This document shows positions 1 through 12,753 of a DNA stretch of 64,000 nucleotides, in pieces. The position numbers and the translations under genes are program-made. Position 1 is the first letter of the stretch. Each line of letters starts with the position of its first letter. The DNA comes from Squalus acanthias (taxonomy: Eukaryota): NCBI GenBank assembly GCA_030390025.1, contig CM059432.1:122638001-122702000 (forward strand). Reading direction: 5' to 3'. The notes under the pieces are model-generated. The model worked only from the letters and a program-made list of their open reading frames with translations. It was not told the origin of the DNA and did not search any database.

Positions 1-155
1 GAGAGCCAAAGAAATCAGGTAGGAAGATGCCTTGAGTTCTCTGGCACAAATCCAGTTGGCTAGCTAAGAATCCCATTAACAGAAGTCCAGGAGGTGTCCT
101 CCCAATCCTTTTGATCAACGAATACAGCATCGTTTGAGGAAGCATAAAACCAAGG
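1..155 (-). CDS. Probable coding exon of an unidentified host gene, continuing beyond the left edge; possible N-terminal signal peptide
   Basis: Acceptor gtttgttttttccag|C at 157-156. One frame is open to the edge: LGFMLPQTMLYSLIKRIGRTPPGLLLMGFLASQLDLCQRTQGIFLPDFFGS. Its phase is compatible with the donor of the CpG-island exon at 10312. Confidence 0.5.
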
Positions 156-455
156 CTGGAAAAAACAAACTTAACGCACGGCAGTATAGGATGGGGAACC
201 ATAAAACTGAGGTTTAAAATATAAAACGTGAAAGTGATGTGGTAGCAATTGTGGCTCTGGCATCACTGACTTCAATGGGAATTAGTACATTTACTGATTA
301 ACAAACATCACAAAATCAACAATAAGAACCACTCAGTGCAGAAAGATACACTGAAACCGCAGGATGTGACTCTGCACCCAAGGTTCCACATGCATCAGGT
401 TCCCAATTTCAGGCATGCCGTTGTAAGAAGACACGAGTGGAGACCAGGCACTTAC

Positions 456-575
456 CCACCTGGGGGAAGGAGAAGAGAATTACTTGGGATTGTTCAATTG
501 TGTAGCTTCAGATGGATTATGGTGAGCATTAGACTGGAGATCGGATCCATTGTTTGCCTTATCAGCCAGGGCTCG
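456..575 (-). other. Possible non-coding or alternative exon of the host gene
   Basis: Long polypyrimidine tract (about 580-625) ending at an AG at 577-576, and a consensus donor TGG|GTAAGT at 455. It contains a stop in the frame set by exon 1. Confidence 0.3.
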
Positions 576-743
576 CTCATGGTAAAGGGGGCAAAGAGGA
601 GAAAGGAAAAATACAAAACAAAAATAAAGTTGTTCGTAAAATGGCAGAGGGAGAAGTAACTTGAAAAAAAAAATCAACATGATTTCCAGTTGTAAGTTAC
701 TGCGACCCGGAATAACTATTCAACAATAGGAATAATACCAATA

Positions 744-1108
744 CAGGAAACTCTTTATTAACCGGCACCGACGGGACCGGCGTGGTGCCGGTTAATCAAA
801 AAGTCCGGATAACGGAGAGTTATATCTCCCAACGTACGAGAGCCCCGTACACACTGACATGCGCCTGCATTCGGAGCTCCGTCTCCCTGGGGACCGCCAG
901 CTGACCATCTGTCCTGTCCGCTGCCTACCCGGGCTGCACATTCCCCTCCCAATCTACACGTTCCGATACAAGGCAAACGCCTCGGGGTTTTTTTTTAAAG
1001 TTAATTTTAAACGAGAGATGAAGGAAAACCCCGGTTACCTACTCAAGAATTTTGCCGGTTAAGAGAGATTTCCGGATATTTGGCTGCCGGTTAATAAAGA
1101 GTTTCCTG
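744..1108. mobile_element. MITE, Tc1/mariner-pogo (Tigger-like) non-autonomous DNA transposon
   Basis: Perfect 24-bp TIRs CAGGAAACTCTTTATTAACCGGCA (744-767 and 1085-1108), flanked by TA on both sides. Confidence 0.9.
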
Positions 1109-1689
1109 TATTGGAATTTCACTCCTATTGTGATAAACGTTAGCAAAAGGAACCAAAAATATAGCAATCAGCTCATAAATACTGTGCCATGTAAAGCAAG
1201 TTATCCTCACACAAAATCTGGACTTCCACAGGACAGGTCTTTGCTGCTGCATTTCCTTCACTTTGTACCTAATGTAATATTTTTCACAGTAAGCAACCAC
1301 TGATCGTCATTTATAACAGCAGGCACTCATCAGTGGCTAAGCTCCAGCACAGCTATCCAAGCGGAATATCTTTGTACTCCCTAGGAAAAGTAAGGTAGTC
1401 TGGTAGGAACAGGAGTGAATGATGCCTCCTATCTCTTGCTGGCTTCTGGTGCCAAAATCAAGGATGTTCCCGATTACACCAGAAGCCAAATTCTTTAGTG
1501 CAGGCATATTATAATAACTCCATCAAAAGTTACTAATCATGGAATGATCATCTCAAAATGTAGAGTGCAACACAATGATGTGAATCACTGCACAATAATT
1601 GTGGGGCATGCAAACATAAACCAGAATGAAGTTGCAATTATACTGCAATCACATGTTCAGCAAGGGAGACAAAAACCGATGCATTTTTT

Positions 1690-3210
1690 AAAATTTGTTT
1701 ATAGGATGTGGGCGTCGCTGGCAAGGCCAGCATTTATTGCCCATCCCTAATTGCCCTCGAGAAGGTGGTGGTGAGTCGCCTTCTTGAACTGCTGCAGTCC
1801 GTGTGGTGAAGGTACTCCCACAGTGCTGTTAGGGAGGGAGTTCCAGGATTTTGACCCAGCGACGATGAAGGATCGGCGATATACTTCTAAGTCAGGATGG
1901 TGTGTGACTTGGAGGGGAACTTGGAGGTGGTGGTGTTCCCATGCGCCTGCTACCCTTGCCCTTCTAGGTGGAAGAGGTCACGGTTTTGGGAGGGGCTGCC
2001 GAAGAAGCCTTGGCGAGTTGCTGCAGTGCATCTTGTAGCTGCTACACACTGCAGCCACGGTACGCCAGTGGTGGAGGGAGTGAATGTTTAAGGTGGTGGA
2101 TGGGGTGCCAATCAAGAGGGCTGCTTTGTCCTGGATGGTGTCGAGCATCTTGAGTGTTGTTGGAGTTGCACTAATCCAGGCAAGTGGAGAGTATCCCATC
2201 ACACTCCTGACTTGTGCCTTGTAGATGGTAGAAAGGCTTTGGGGAGTCAGGAGGTGACTCACTCGCCGCAGAATACCTAGCCTCTGACCTGCTCTTGTTG
2301 CCACATTATTTATGTGGCTGGTCCAGTTAAGTTTCTGGTCAATGGTGACCCCAGGGATGTTGATGGTGGGGGATTCGGCGATGGTAATGCCATTGAATGT
2401 CAAGGGGCAGTGGTTAGACTCTCGCTTGTTGGAGATAGCCATGTGCCAATCAAGCAGACTGCTTTGTCCTGGATGGTGTTGAGCTTCTTGAGTGTTGTTG
2501 CAGCTGCACCCATCCAGGCAAGTGAAGAATATTCCATCACATGTCAGACTTGTGCCTTGTAGGTGGGGGAGAGGCTTTGGGGAGTCAAGAGGTGAGCCAC
2601 TGGCCTGCTCTGGTGGCCAGGGCATTTATGTGGCTAGTCCAGTTGAGTTTCTGGTCAATGGTGACCCCAGGATGATGTTGATGGGTGATTCTGCAATGGT
2701 AATGCCATTGAATGTCAAGGGAAAGTGGTTAGACTCTTTCTTGTTGGAGATAGTCATTGTCTGGCACTTGTGTGGCACAACTATTACTTGCCATTTATCA
2801 GCCCAAGGCTGGATGTTGTCCAGGTCTTGCTGCACGCCAGCATGGACTGCTTCATTAGGTGAAGAATTGCAAATGGAGCTGAACACTGTACTCATCAGCG
2901 AACATCCCCACTTCTGACCTTATGACGGAGGGAAGGTCATTGATGAAGCAGTTGAAGATAGTTCGGCCAAGGACACTGCCCTGCAGCGATGTCCTGGGGC
3001 TGAGATAATTGCCCTTTTACAACTACAATCATCTTCCTTTGTTTTAGGTATGACTCAAGCCATGGGAGAGTTTTTTTCCTAATCCCACTGACTTTAATTT
3101 TACTGGTGGTGCCAACTCAGTCAAATGTTGCCTTGGTGTCAAGGGCAGTGACACTCCGCTCACCTCTGGAATTCAAGTCTTGTGTCCATGCTTGGACCAA
3201 GAATGTAATG
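1690..3210 (-). mobile_element. Degenerate 3' part of a non-LTR retrotransposon (CR1/L2-group RT C-terminus plus 3' UTR), internally duplicated
   Basis: ORFs 1978-2625 and 2626-2895 give QQDLDNIQPWADKWQ, GVTIDQKLNWTSHI and LSTIYKAQVRSVM.YS..AW, typical LINE RT thumb motifs. Confidence 0.8.
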
Positions 3211-6200
3211 AGGGAGGTGCCCTGCATCTACTTAATAAGGTCATTGTAAAACCTGACCCATCTCCTTTAAAATGTTCACCATCATTGCAAGTTTTAAAAT
3301 ATGGTCTCTTGGCTTAGTGAGGGCCCTGATATTATCTGATTTTCCCCGTCAATGAAAATCCAAGACAAATTTATAGTTGCAGAAACTGTTAAATGTCTTT
3401 ATTGATGAAGGAGTCTTAATGCATATCAATTGTTTTATTCGATGGGGTTATAGATGAACCCAAACAACCTTCTACTGTACTTCACCCATTCTTCCTCCTA
3501 AACACTATTATCTTGTAACTGATAATTGAGCAAGTCATCCTTACAGTCTCTCCAAGTGAGACTGTCAATTTATGGTCAGTTTTGTGCTGTGAACTGAATT
3601 GACACTACCCAAACTTGTTTCACTTCAGAGTCTAAGGCCAAAAGAAGAAGAAATTAATTCCATCAGTCTGGGCTGGATTCAATTCCACCTCCCAGAGGTT
3701 AAAGGACAATTGCTTCCCAGTCCTAATTAATTTAGAGTTTTATAATACAAAAAATAGACAACCTAAAAAATTGCTTTTCCATGAAAAAACTCATCTTGGT
3801 CAGGAAGAAATTGCTATTTTTGCTCTAAGTGTGACACGCCATTTCTATAATCAGTAAATTCAACCACAAAGCAGTTGAGCTTTGGATTCAATGACTATAA
3901 TGGATGGTAGCTCCATGAGTTGTATAAATATCGTACCTAGGGACCATGCTATTTATACATTGAGAACTGTTGAACAAAGCAGGCATTTACATGTATTCAA
4001 ACTCTTGCTCCAGCATTGTTTCTAAATACCTTTGTATATGTAACCCTCCATTTTTCACTGGCCTCTCTAGGCTATACACCTCTTGCACCGAGTTCTTCAT
4101 CAATGCCGCTCTGAGCCAGCTAGTTGGGCACTAGCACAATTGAGCCAAGTCTCCTCTGATATCCCTCTGCCAAAGTAGGAAAGTACTTGTTCCTTCATTT
4201 GTTGCCTCCCCACAGCAGCATGCCCGAGATTGGCAATTCAGTGGCACAGAGGAAATCAAATCTGTGTGCCCACAGCTGCAACACTCCTAATATGTAAGTG
4301 AATTTTACTATGAATGCTCACTTCGTGGAAAGGAAATTGCACCTGACAATCAGCAATAGGGTCCAATGCTTGCCACGTCCAAGATTTCTGGCTCCAGAGG
4401 ACGCATCACTTGATCTGCCACATGGTCACTTATAAAAGATGCCTAAACAATACGAGAAGAATTGAATTCATTGTAACGCCAATATTAATACGCAAATCAG
4501 CCAGCAAATTCAGGTGACTAAGAGATACGCCGTGAATTGCAAATCTCTAGAACTTGGTGGCCAATTTACGCTGTTCCAGCATTTGCTTTGCACAAACAGC
4601 ATCTCGCCCTTAGCCTCCCCATTATTTTTAAGAATTTGCTGGATTTGCACATTAATTGCCCATTAAACTCGCCGCAAAAAGTTAGAGCTGGTAATTAAGA
4701 GCGCAAGTACCCTTTTAACGACGTGATAATTGTTAATGCAATGCCAATCAACCTCTCTGGCCCAGAAAGGGAACAATTTAAACTGTTCAGTCTCATTTCC
4801 GCATGTACTCAATTGTTGTTAGAGATTTAAACTTTTTTGTTAAAAAAAAAAATATTTTCCTTTCTGCCTCTTTATCCAATCTTTCTTTCCCTCTCTTAAT
4901 TTCTCTTTCTGTACCTAATTTGACACCTCATTCACCCTCCTTCTCGGTCTTTCCTCGGTTTCCTTCTTAATCCTTAAATCTCATTGGTTGAGATAGACTG
5001 TTGGTCCCAGAGTTCAGTAAAGTCCCAGATGCCCTGTTGCCCTTGCCACACCATTAGCAGCTCGCACTGCCAGAAAGTTATGCCGCAAAATAATTTTGAG
5101 CTGAAGGGTGCAGAAAAAAAATCTAACGAACGGCGTATACTGTGAGATGCCCCGCTTCAGCAAAATTTAACCCATTGTATAAAACAATGCTCTTTAAGGC
5201 ACCAAATCTTCCAAGTGTGTGACTACCTTACTATTCACTCAAAACCATTTATTATAGACATTTTGGGTGCACTAACTGATATGGATTATTTCATAACAAG
5301 TAGGTCTGTGGATATGCAATATAATGGAAAACCACAACACTACATTGAGCAATAGCTCTTATTCTGTGATGGTAGCCAACATGCAATTGCTGCCTGCAAT
5401 CTATTTCAATAGCAGCTTCTTCAAGTCAAGTTTCTCAATTTGGAACTGCTTTCCCTCAGGTCAAGGTTCATTCTAGACTTTTCACTAACCTCGCCCTATT
5501 GATAAAACTTTTTCAAGCAAGATGCTGCAGAGCTAGAAAGAATCTTAGTTTCCCCAAAAGGGAAATGGACGAGTCTTCCCAACTACAGACATTACTAAGA
5601 AGCCGAACAGCTGCACAGGATCACTGCCTGGAGGAAAAGCCTCCACCCAAGACTTCGTGCTTGGCATGGAGGCAAGCAGCACCCTACCAGCCCATAGAAA
5701 CATTCAATATCTTAGTCTGGAGAGGTTTCCCCAGCATCAAAGATGCCGTTATACCTGATATACTCAACTACGGTATATCAGCAATTTCTCAGAGACCTCA
5801 CTGCAAGCAGCATCAGCACAAAGAACACGAAGGACATCAAAAGTGCTTCCAGCAGTTTACTGACAAATTTCACACTGCACAACAGGATTATCTCTAGATC
5901 TAATACTACCCTCTAGAAACTGGCCATTTCCCCCCACATTCAATGCAAACTGACCCCATCAGAACAGTTCATCCAGAAAACAGAAATGCACAAGTGCGAC
6001 CTGGACAACCCACTACCGATGGAGGACAGAGGCTGACTCTTACAACCTCAACTCAATAACAACTTGTATTTGTATAGCGCCTTTAATGTAATAAAACGTC
6101 CCAAGGCGCTTCACAGGAGTGCTATCAAAAAAAAACTCACAGCAGAATAAGAAAGAGCCAGCTCACACTTTTGCATCATACATATCTCACTCCCTTACAA

Positions 6201-6635
6201 ACTCCAAACATTTTACCCAACTCAGAGGAGTGCTGGACGAACTAAAGAAAAAAAGGCATACACTAATGCACAATCTGGCACACCGCTACTGCCTGGCCTT
6301 CTGGGCAGAGTTCCTGGATAGTGGCAAAACCATTACCAGCTTCACCATCCTCCAAACCAAACCCCACACTACTTTGTCTACCATCAGTAGGACAAGAAAC
6401 TTCTGCCACTCACAGGCTGGAGCACTCGTACTTTGACCAATGAGTAGATGCATCCCTCAAATGGGTTCACAAGCCAAAACCCCATTCAATAAATGTGAGC
6501 AAGGCATCTGTGAGACACTGACCAATCAAAACTAGTGCTGCACAGCTATGGTTGGAGCTCACGAAGCACCAAGAGATGTGGACAACCTTGTTATAAGCAC
6601 ATGCTCCTCCCCAACCTCACCACAACCCTCCCCAC

Positions 6636-6792
6636 CAACGTTCCCGCTAAGCTGTGCGGCCGCGGTCTGGAGGTCGTGCGCAGGCAGCTCACCAGCTTTT
6701 ACATGGCTGAAACCGCGCATGCTCGAAAATTTGAATGGGCTGCGCAGCCAGTTAGAGGGATTGCACACAAAAAATAATTAGAGGGAACATTG
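6636..6792. mobile_element. Small hAT-like MITE
   Basis: 15-bp imperfect TIRs CAACGTTCCCGCTAA / TTAGAGGGAACATTG. Flanking 8-mers CTCCCCAC / CTCATCAC (6/8) fit an aged 8-bp TSD. Confidence 0.7.
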
Positions 6793-6993
6793 CTCATCAC
6801 AAGCTTCTGCGGCATGAGGGATTCTGGGACGGCTCAATGAACAGCAGAGTCCCAGTATCCCACTTTCTTCCTAAAAGCACATAATCCATGATGACACTTT
6901 AGTCGAGTACTCCGGTAGTGCTGCATTTTTTTTTATTTGTTCTTGGATGTGGGCGGTTAGGCTGCATTCAATGTCCATCCCTAGTTGCCTTAG

Positions 6994-7350
6994 AACACGG
7001 CAAGAGAGCCACAGGTGGGCAGAGGAAACACTTCAAGGACACCCTCAAAGCCTCCTTGAAAAAGTGCAACATCCCCTCCGACACCTGGGAATCCCTGGCC
7101 CAAGACCGCTCAAAGTGGAGGAAGGCGCCGAACACCTTGAGTCTCTTCACCGGGAGCAAGCGGAAGCTAAGCGCAAACAGCGGAAGAAGCGCACGTCAAC
7201 CCAAGCACCCCACCCACCCGCCCCTTCAACCACTGTCTGCCCCACCTGTGACAGAGACTGTAGGTCCCGCATTGGACTCATCAGTCACCTGAGAACTAAT
7301 TTTTAGTGTGGAAGCACATCATCCTCGGTTCCGAGGGACTGCCTAAGAAG
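6994..7350 (+). mobile_element. 3' end of an RTE-clade LINE, inserted into a LINE/SINE tail fragment
   Basis: GGQRKHFKDTLKASLKKCNI...WESLAQDRSKWR, then in a shifted frame CPTCDRDCRSRIGLISHLRT. The flanks (about 6940-6993 and 7350 onward) resemble the tail at 1700-1775. Confidence 0.75.
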
Positions 7351-7629
7351 GCGGTGGCGGTCTTTTGTGCAGCCAGGTGGTTTCACAGGTCAGAGGGCAT
7401 TTAACGTGAACCACATAGCTTGGACTAGTTACATGTGAGCAAAACCAGATAGTTTCACTTCCCTGAAGGGCATTAGTAAACCAGTTGTATTATATAATAA
7501 ATACAAAATTGATTTGAATTCAATTTCACAGCTTGCCAATGATAGGATATAAACTCATGACCTCTGATAAACTCACGACCTCTGTCGAGCCCAGTACATT
7601 AACCACTACATTATCATATCCTTGTATTG

Positions 7630-7830
7630 TTGGAGGTGCTGATTTCAAATGAGACACTGAATTGAAGCCACATCTGATGTTTCAGGTGAACTAAAAAGAT
7701 CGCATGCCTATATTTGAAATGCAGGGAGTTTTCCCAGTATCCTGGTCAACATTCCTCACTCAACCAGCACAATCAAATACAGATCATGGACATTCATTCA
7801 ATTTACTGTTTGTGGGATTGTGCTGTTTTA
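7630..7830 (+). mobile_element. Old Deu-domain SINE fragment (AmnSINE1/SacSINE1-like)
   Basis: ggaggtgc...tgagac...caggtg..ctaaaaagatc.catg...cctggtcaacatt...tcaacca...tgtttgtgggat resembles the Deu-domain consensus as recalled, and shares sequence with 42130-42170 and 60520-60550. Confidence 0.65.
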
Positions 7831-9919
7831 CTTCTGATTCTGGAAGACTGGCATCTGTTAGCTGGCTCCTGACATTTACACCATGAAATCTGGCACCCTT
7901 TTTCCTTGCAGTTGATTCAACAGGCCCATGAAAAAGTGGGTCTCTGATTCCACAGCTGGGATAAGGAAACTGGATTTTGTAGTCAAATGTCAAAAGTCAG
8001 TCCAGGGAATAGAAACTAAGACAGCATCAATATAAAATTGATTATAGATGGTGAACGGCTTCACGAATAAACCTTTGCTAAAAAAACACCGATAACACAT
8101 GCAACAGCCAAAATGTTTAATGATACAGGACATAGTTATCTATTCACATCTGTATTCATCTATTCACATCATATCTGTAAACTTAAGGCCAATTAGTTTG
8201 AGGAAAAAAGGTTTGTTTTTGAATTTTCCTTTTAGTACCTGTGCAATTTCTTTATATTGAAACTAAGGGTACGTCGAGTCTCCGACTATCGTCCACCAAT
8301 TGAAAAGGGATCTCCCTGGGGAGAAATGATCAGGATTCCTCTTATACTTAGTCTGACACAATGCATTTCTAACTTGTGATTGGTCTATTTAGATTATCAG
8401 GTATCCAGCATGTTTAAATAAGACCCATGTTTATCCATTTAAAAAATGATATACTCTTGAAAGAAATGTTGACAGACTAACTTCTGCTGATATCCTGGAC
8501 CTAATACCCTGATCCTTGCTAGTCTCTTGGCCCAGAACTAAACATCAGAGCTGCATGGTGAGCAAATAGTAGCAGGTACTGGATATCCAAACAGATACTG
8601 GATCATGAACCCAGAGTCTGTGAAAGTCAGTTAAAAAAACTCATTCGCATTCTAGCTAGCTTATGCAAAACTAAGTCCAGAATCACAAATAAAATTCTGA
8701 GGGCTAAGTGAACATCACTATATTATTATTTGACTGAATACTATCTTTGTTTTGTTAATTCTGCAAATTATTGTTTTAAAAGTTATAGAATGCAGAATTG
8801 TACTCAAGCAAACTTGCAATTTTCAAACCCAATCCTTAAAATGCGATGTGCAAACAACCTCAGTAAAGTGTCTGCCTGTCTATTTCAACAATTTCCCTTG
8901 CCTCCACCAACTGTTACACGATTCCTAACCCAGCAATTATTCTACCAACATGGAACCAGAAATGGCCCAAAACGCTTGCATCTAATTTTAAAAGCAAACT
9001 ATCACTGTAACAAAACTGGTGTAGTGTTATGAAAGTTGAACTCACTTAAAAAACAGATGAGAAGAAACACACAGAAGGAACATTAAATACGCCAAAACTT
9101 TCTCCACCAAGTAAGCTCTCACTATTTACGAGGGTCACTGATTAGAACAGAAACAAGCTGAGAGAACCCGGACTGTATTCCTGCAAAGCTTTGTCTGACT
9201 CAGTTTGGCAGGTACACTGCAACAGACGTATGATCTGAGTCACTCTACCTGGGCTGGAGACAGGGTGGAAGCAGAGAAGATATAAAGGGGTGATGGAATC
9301 AATTTCCAAAGTACTTATTTTTTCTTAAACAGTACTCTGGAAAGTACTTCAAAACTTAAATTTAAGAAAAGACTTGTAACTACAAAGAGACACTGAGATT
9401 CAGATTGTCCAAAATACAGAACATGCGGTCGAAGTTGATTTTTCTTGTGACTGTTCAAGTTCCTTTTTTTTGAAACAAAGATTCCAAGTAAAAATAAGGC
9501 AGGTACGAAACAAACAGGCATTTTGCTTTCTCGTGTCAAACATTTCTTCAGGGGCCCACAAGCTTGTCATTGCTACAAAGTTAATCGCAGTAAGGTTACT
9601 GCACCCAAATCCCCTGACCAAAAAAAACCAACATCACCAGCACAATAGTAATGAAACAAAACCCCTGAAAATGAATAAAGATAAGAACTGACCAAAAGAA
9701 TGAGAGAGGGGGCGAGAGAAACACACCCCACTGACCCAACATAAAAACATTTATCAAAGGGGGAGTTTTCTCATTGCACTTTACCCCAATATTAAAGGCT
9801 GAATGTTAAAGATGAGGAGATGACAGCAGCCCCTCTTACACAGGCATTGGGAGGGGGTGAGAGAGTTTGCACAACTTCTCCTCAAACAAAGAGGAGCTGT
9901 AGGGGAGGAGAGGAGAGGC

Positions 9920-10500
9920 AGCCAGGCCAGGCCAGGCCAGGGAGCCTCCATCACACACACAGGACCCGCGGGGAAGTTCGGGCCAGTCTCACAACTTGCT
10001 CCTGAGGCTTTGCCGGGGAGGGCCCGGCCGCCATGGCGCCTCTCCTCCCCGGGCCCGGGTCTGGGAGAAAGTCTAACCGCATTCTTAGTCCCGTCTCATC
10101 AAACACCCCCCCTCCCCCGGCCATGGAGAAACTCGCTGCCGTCCCACAAACTGAACGGTCTGACCCGGGGCCCGGCTCCTGCTCCCGGCCTCTGACTGTC
10201 CACCGCCCCGGTCCGCTCCGCTCCAGCTCCCGCCGCCCCGCCGCCGGCCTCGGCCTTTCCTCTCCCCCACCTAACGGTGCTGGCCCGCCGTCTTTCGCGC
10301 CCTGTCCTTACCTCAGAGAGTCCGCCGCGGCCTTCATGCCGTCTGCTCGAGCCCCGGGCTCTGCCGCCGACTGGGGCGGGAGGGAGAGACGGGGGGAGGG
10401 GAGTGGGGCGGGGGGAGGGCCAACACACGCCGGCAGAGGGGGCCGCGGCACCCCGGGACAGTCCAAACCCCCACACCGCGGCCCGGCACCGGAACACTGA
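9920..10500 (-). promoter_or_regulatory. CpG-island promoter with GC boxes
   Basis: Very GC- and CpG-rich against the AT-rich flank. GGGGCGGG Sp1-type boxes near 10373 and 10405. Confidence 0.8.
10312..10370 (-). other. Probable first exon of the host gene (5' boundary uncertain); contains ATG AAG GCC GCG GCG GAC TCT CTG AG
   Basis: Donor GAG|GTAAGG at 10311 inside the CpG island, just downstream of the GC boxes. ATG at 10337 in context GGCATGA. Confidence 0.6.
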
Positions 10501-12753
10501 GATTGATTGCTCTCTGTTACTGATCTCTCCCTATTACTGATCTCTCTCTGTTACTGATCTCTCCCTGTTACTGATCTCTCTGTGTTACTGGTCTCTCCCT
10601 ATTACTGATCTCTCCCTGTTACTGATCTCTCCCTGTTACTGATCTCTCTGTGTTACTGATCTCTTTCCCTGTTACTGATCTCTCCCTATTACTGATCTCT
10701 CTCTGTTACTGATCTCTCCCTGTTACTGATCTCTCTGTTACTGATCTCTCCCTATTACTGATCTCTCTGTTACTGATCTTTCTCTGTTACTGATCTCTCC
10801 CTATTACTGATCTCTCTCTCTGTTACTGATCTCTCCCTGTTACTGATCTCTCTCAGTTACTGATCTCTCTCTGTTACTGATCTCTCCCTATTACTGATCT
10901 CTCTCTGTTACTGATCTCTCCCTGTTACTGATCTCTCCCTGATACTGATCTCTCTTTCTCTGTTACTGATCTCTCCCTGTTACTGATCTCTCTTTCTCTG
11001 TTACTGATCTGTACCTGTTACTGATCTCTCTCTCTTACTGATCCCTCTCTCTGTGACTGATCTCTCTCTGTTTTACTGATCTCTCTCTCTGTTACTGATC
11101 TCTCCCTGTTACTGATCTCTTTCCCTGTTACTGATCTTTCTCTGTTACTGATCTCTCCCTATTACTGATCTCTCTCTGTTACAGATCTCTCCCTATTACT
11201 GATCTCTCCCTATTACTGATCTCTCTGTTACTGATCTTTCTCTGTTACTGATCTCTCCCTATTACTGATCTCTCTCTCTGTTACTGATCTCTCCCTATTA
11301 CTGATCTCTCTCCCTGTTACTGATCTCTCTCAGTTACTGATCTCTCTGTTACTGATCTTTCTCTGTTACTGATCTCTCCCTATTACTGATCTCTCTCTCT
11401 GTTACTGATCTCTCCCTATTACTGATCTCTCCCTATTACTGATCTCTCTCTGTTACTGATCTCTCCCTGTTACTGATCTCTCCCTGATACTGATCTCTCT
11501 TTCTCTGTTACTGATCTCTCCCTGTTACTGATCTCTCTTTCTCTGTTACTGATCTGTACCTGTTACTGATCTCTCTCTCTTACTGATCCCTCTCTCTGTG
11601 ACTGATCTCTCTCTGTTTTACTGATCTCTCTCTCTGTGACTGATCTCTCTGTGCTACTGATCTCTCTCTGTTACTGATCTCTCCCTATTACTGATCTCTC
11701 TCTCTGTTACTGATCTCTCCCTATTACTGATCTCTCTCCCTGTTACTGATCTCTCTCAGTTACTGATCTCTCTCTGTTACTGATCTCTCCCTATTACTGA
11801 TCTCTCCCTATTACTGATCTCTCTCTGTTACTGATCTCTCCCTGTTACTGATCTCTCCCTGATACTGATCTCTCTTTCTCTGTTACTGATCTCTCCCTGT
11901 TACTGATCTCTCTTTCTCTGTTACTGATCTGTACCTGTTACTGATCTCTCTCTCTTACTGATCCCTCTCTCTGTGACTGATCTCTCTCTGTTTTACTGAT
12001 CTCTCTCTCTGTTACTGATCTCTCCCTGTTACTGATCTCTTTCCCTGTTACTGATCTTTCTCTGTTACTGATCTCTCCCTATTACTGATCTCTCTCTGTT
12101 ACAGATCTCTCCCTATTACTGATCTCTCCCTATTACTGATCTCTCCCTGTTACTGATCTTTCTCTGTTACTGATCTCTCCCTATTACTGATCTCTCTCTC
12201 TGTTACTGATCTCTCCCTATTACTGATCTCTCTCCCTGTTACTGATCTCTCTCAGTTACTGATCTCTCTCTGTTACTGATCTCTCCCTATTACTGATCTC
12301 TCCCTATTACTGATCTCTCTCTGTTACTGATCTCTCCCTGTTACTGATCTCTCCCTGATACTGATCTCTCTTTCTCTGTTACTGATCTCTCCCTGTTACT
12401 GATCTCTCTTTCTCTGTTACTGATCTGTACCTGTTACTGATCTCTCTCTCTTACTGATCCCTCTCTCTGTGACTGATCTCTCTCTGTTTTACTGATCTCT
12501 CTCTCTGTGACTGATCTCTCTGTGCTACTGATCTCTCTCTGTTACTGATCTCTCCCTATTACTGATCTCTCTCTGTTATGATCTCTCCCTGTTACTGATC
12601 TCACTCTCTGTTACTGATCTGTCTCTCTGTTACTGATCTGTCTCTCTGTTACTGATCTCTCTCTGTTACTGATCCCTCTCTGTTACCGATCTCTCCCTGT
12701 TACTGATCTCTCTCTGTCACTGATATCTCTCTGATCTTGATCTGACCCTTTTA

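Noticed and set aside
4440..5175. Possible non-autonomous DNA element (a similar-looking stretch lies at 41360-41860)
   Set aside because: It looks repeat-like, but I could not define TIRs or a TSD.
5499..6436. 132-aa and 105-aa ORFs as a gene or retroelement remnant
   Set aside because: No recognisable motifs, and a SINE/LINE tail-like piece (about 6055-6120) lies between them.
9820..10540. Pro/Gly/Arg-rich ORFs in the CpG island
   Set aside because: Expected from high GC content; no domain signal.
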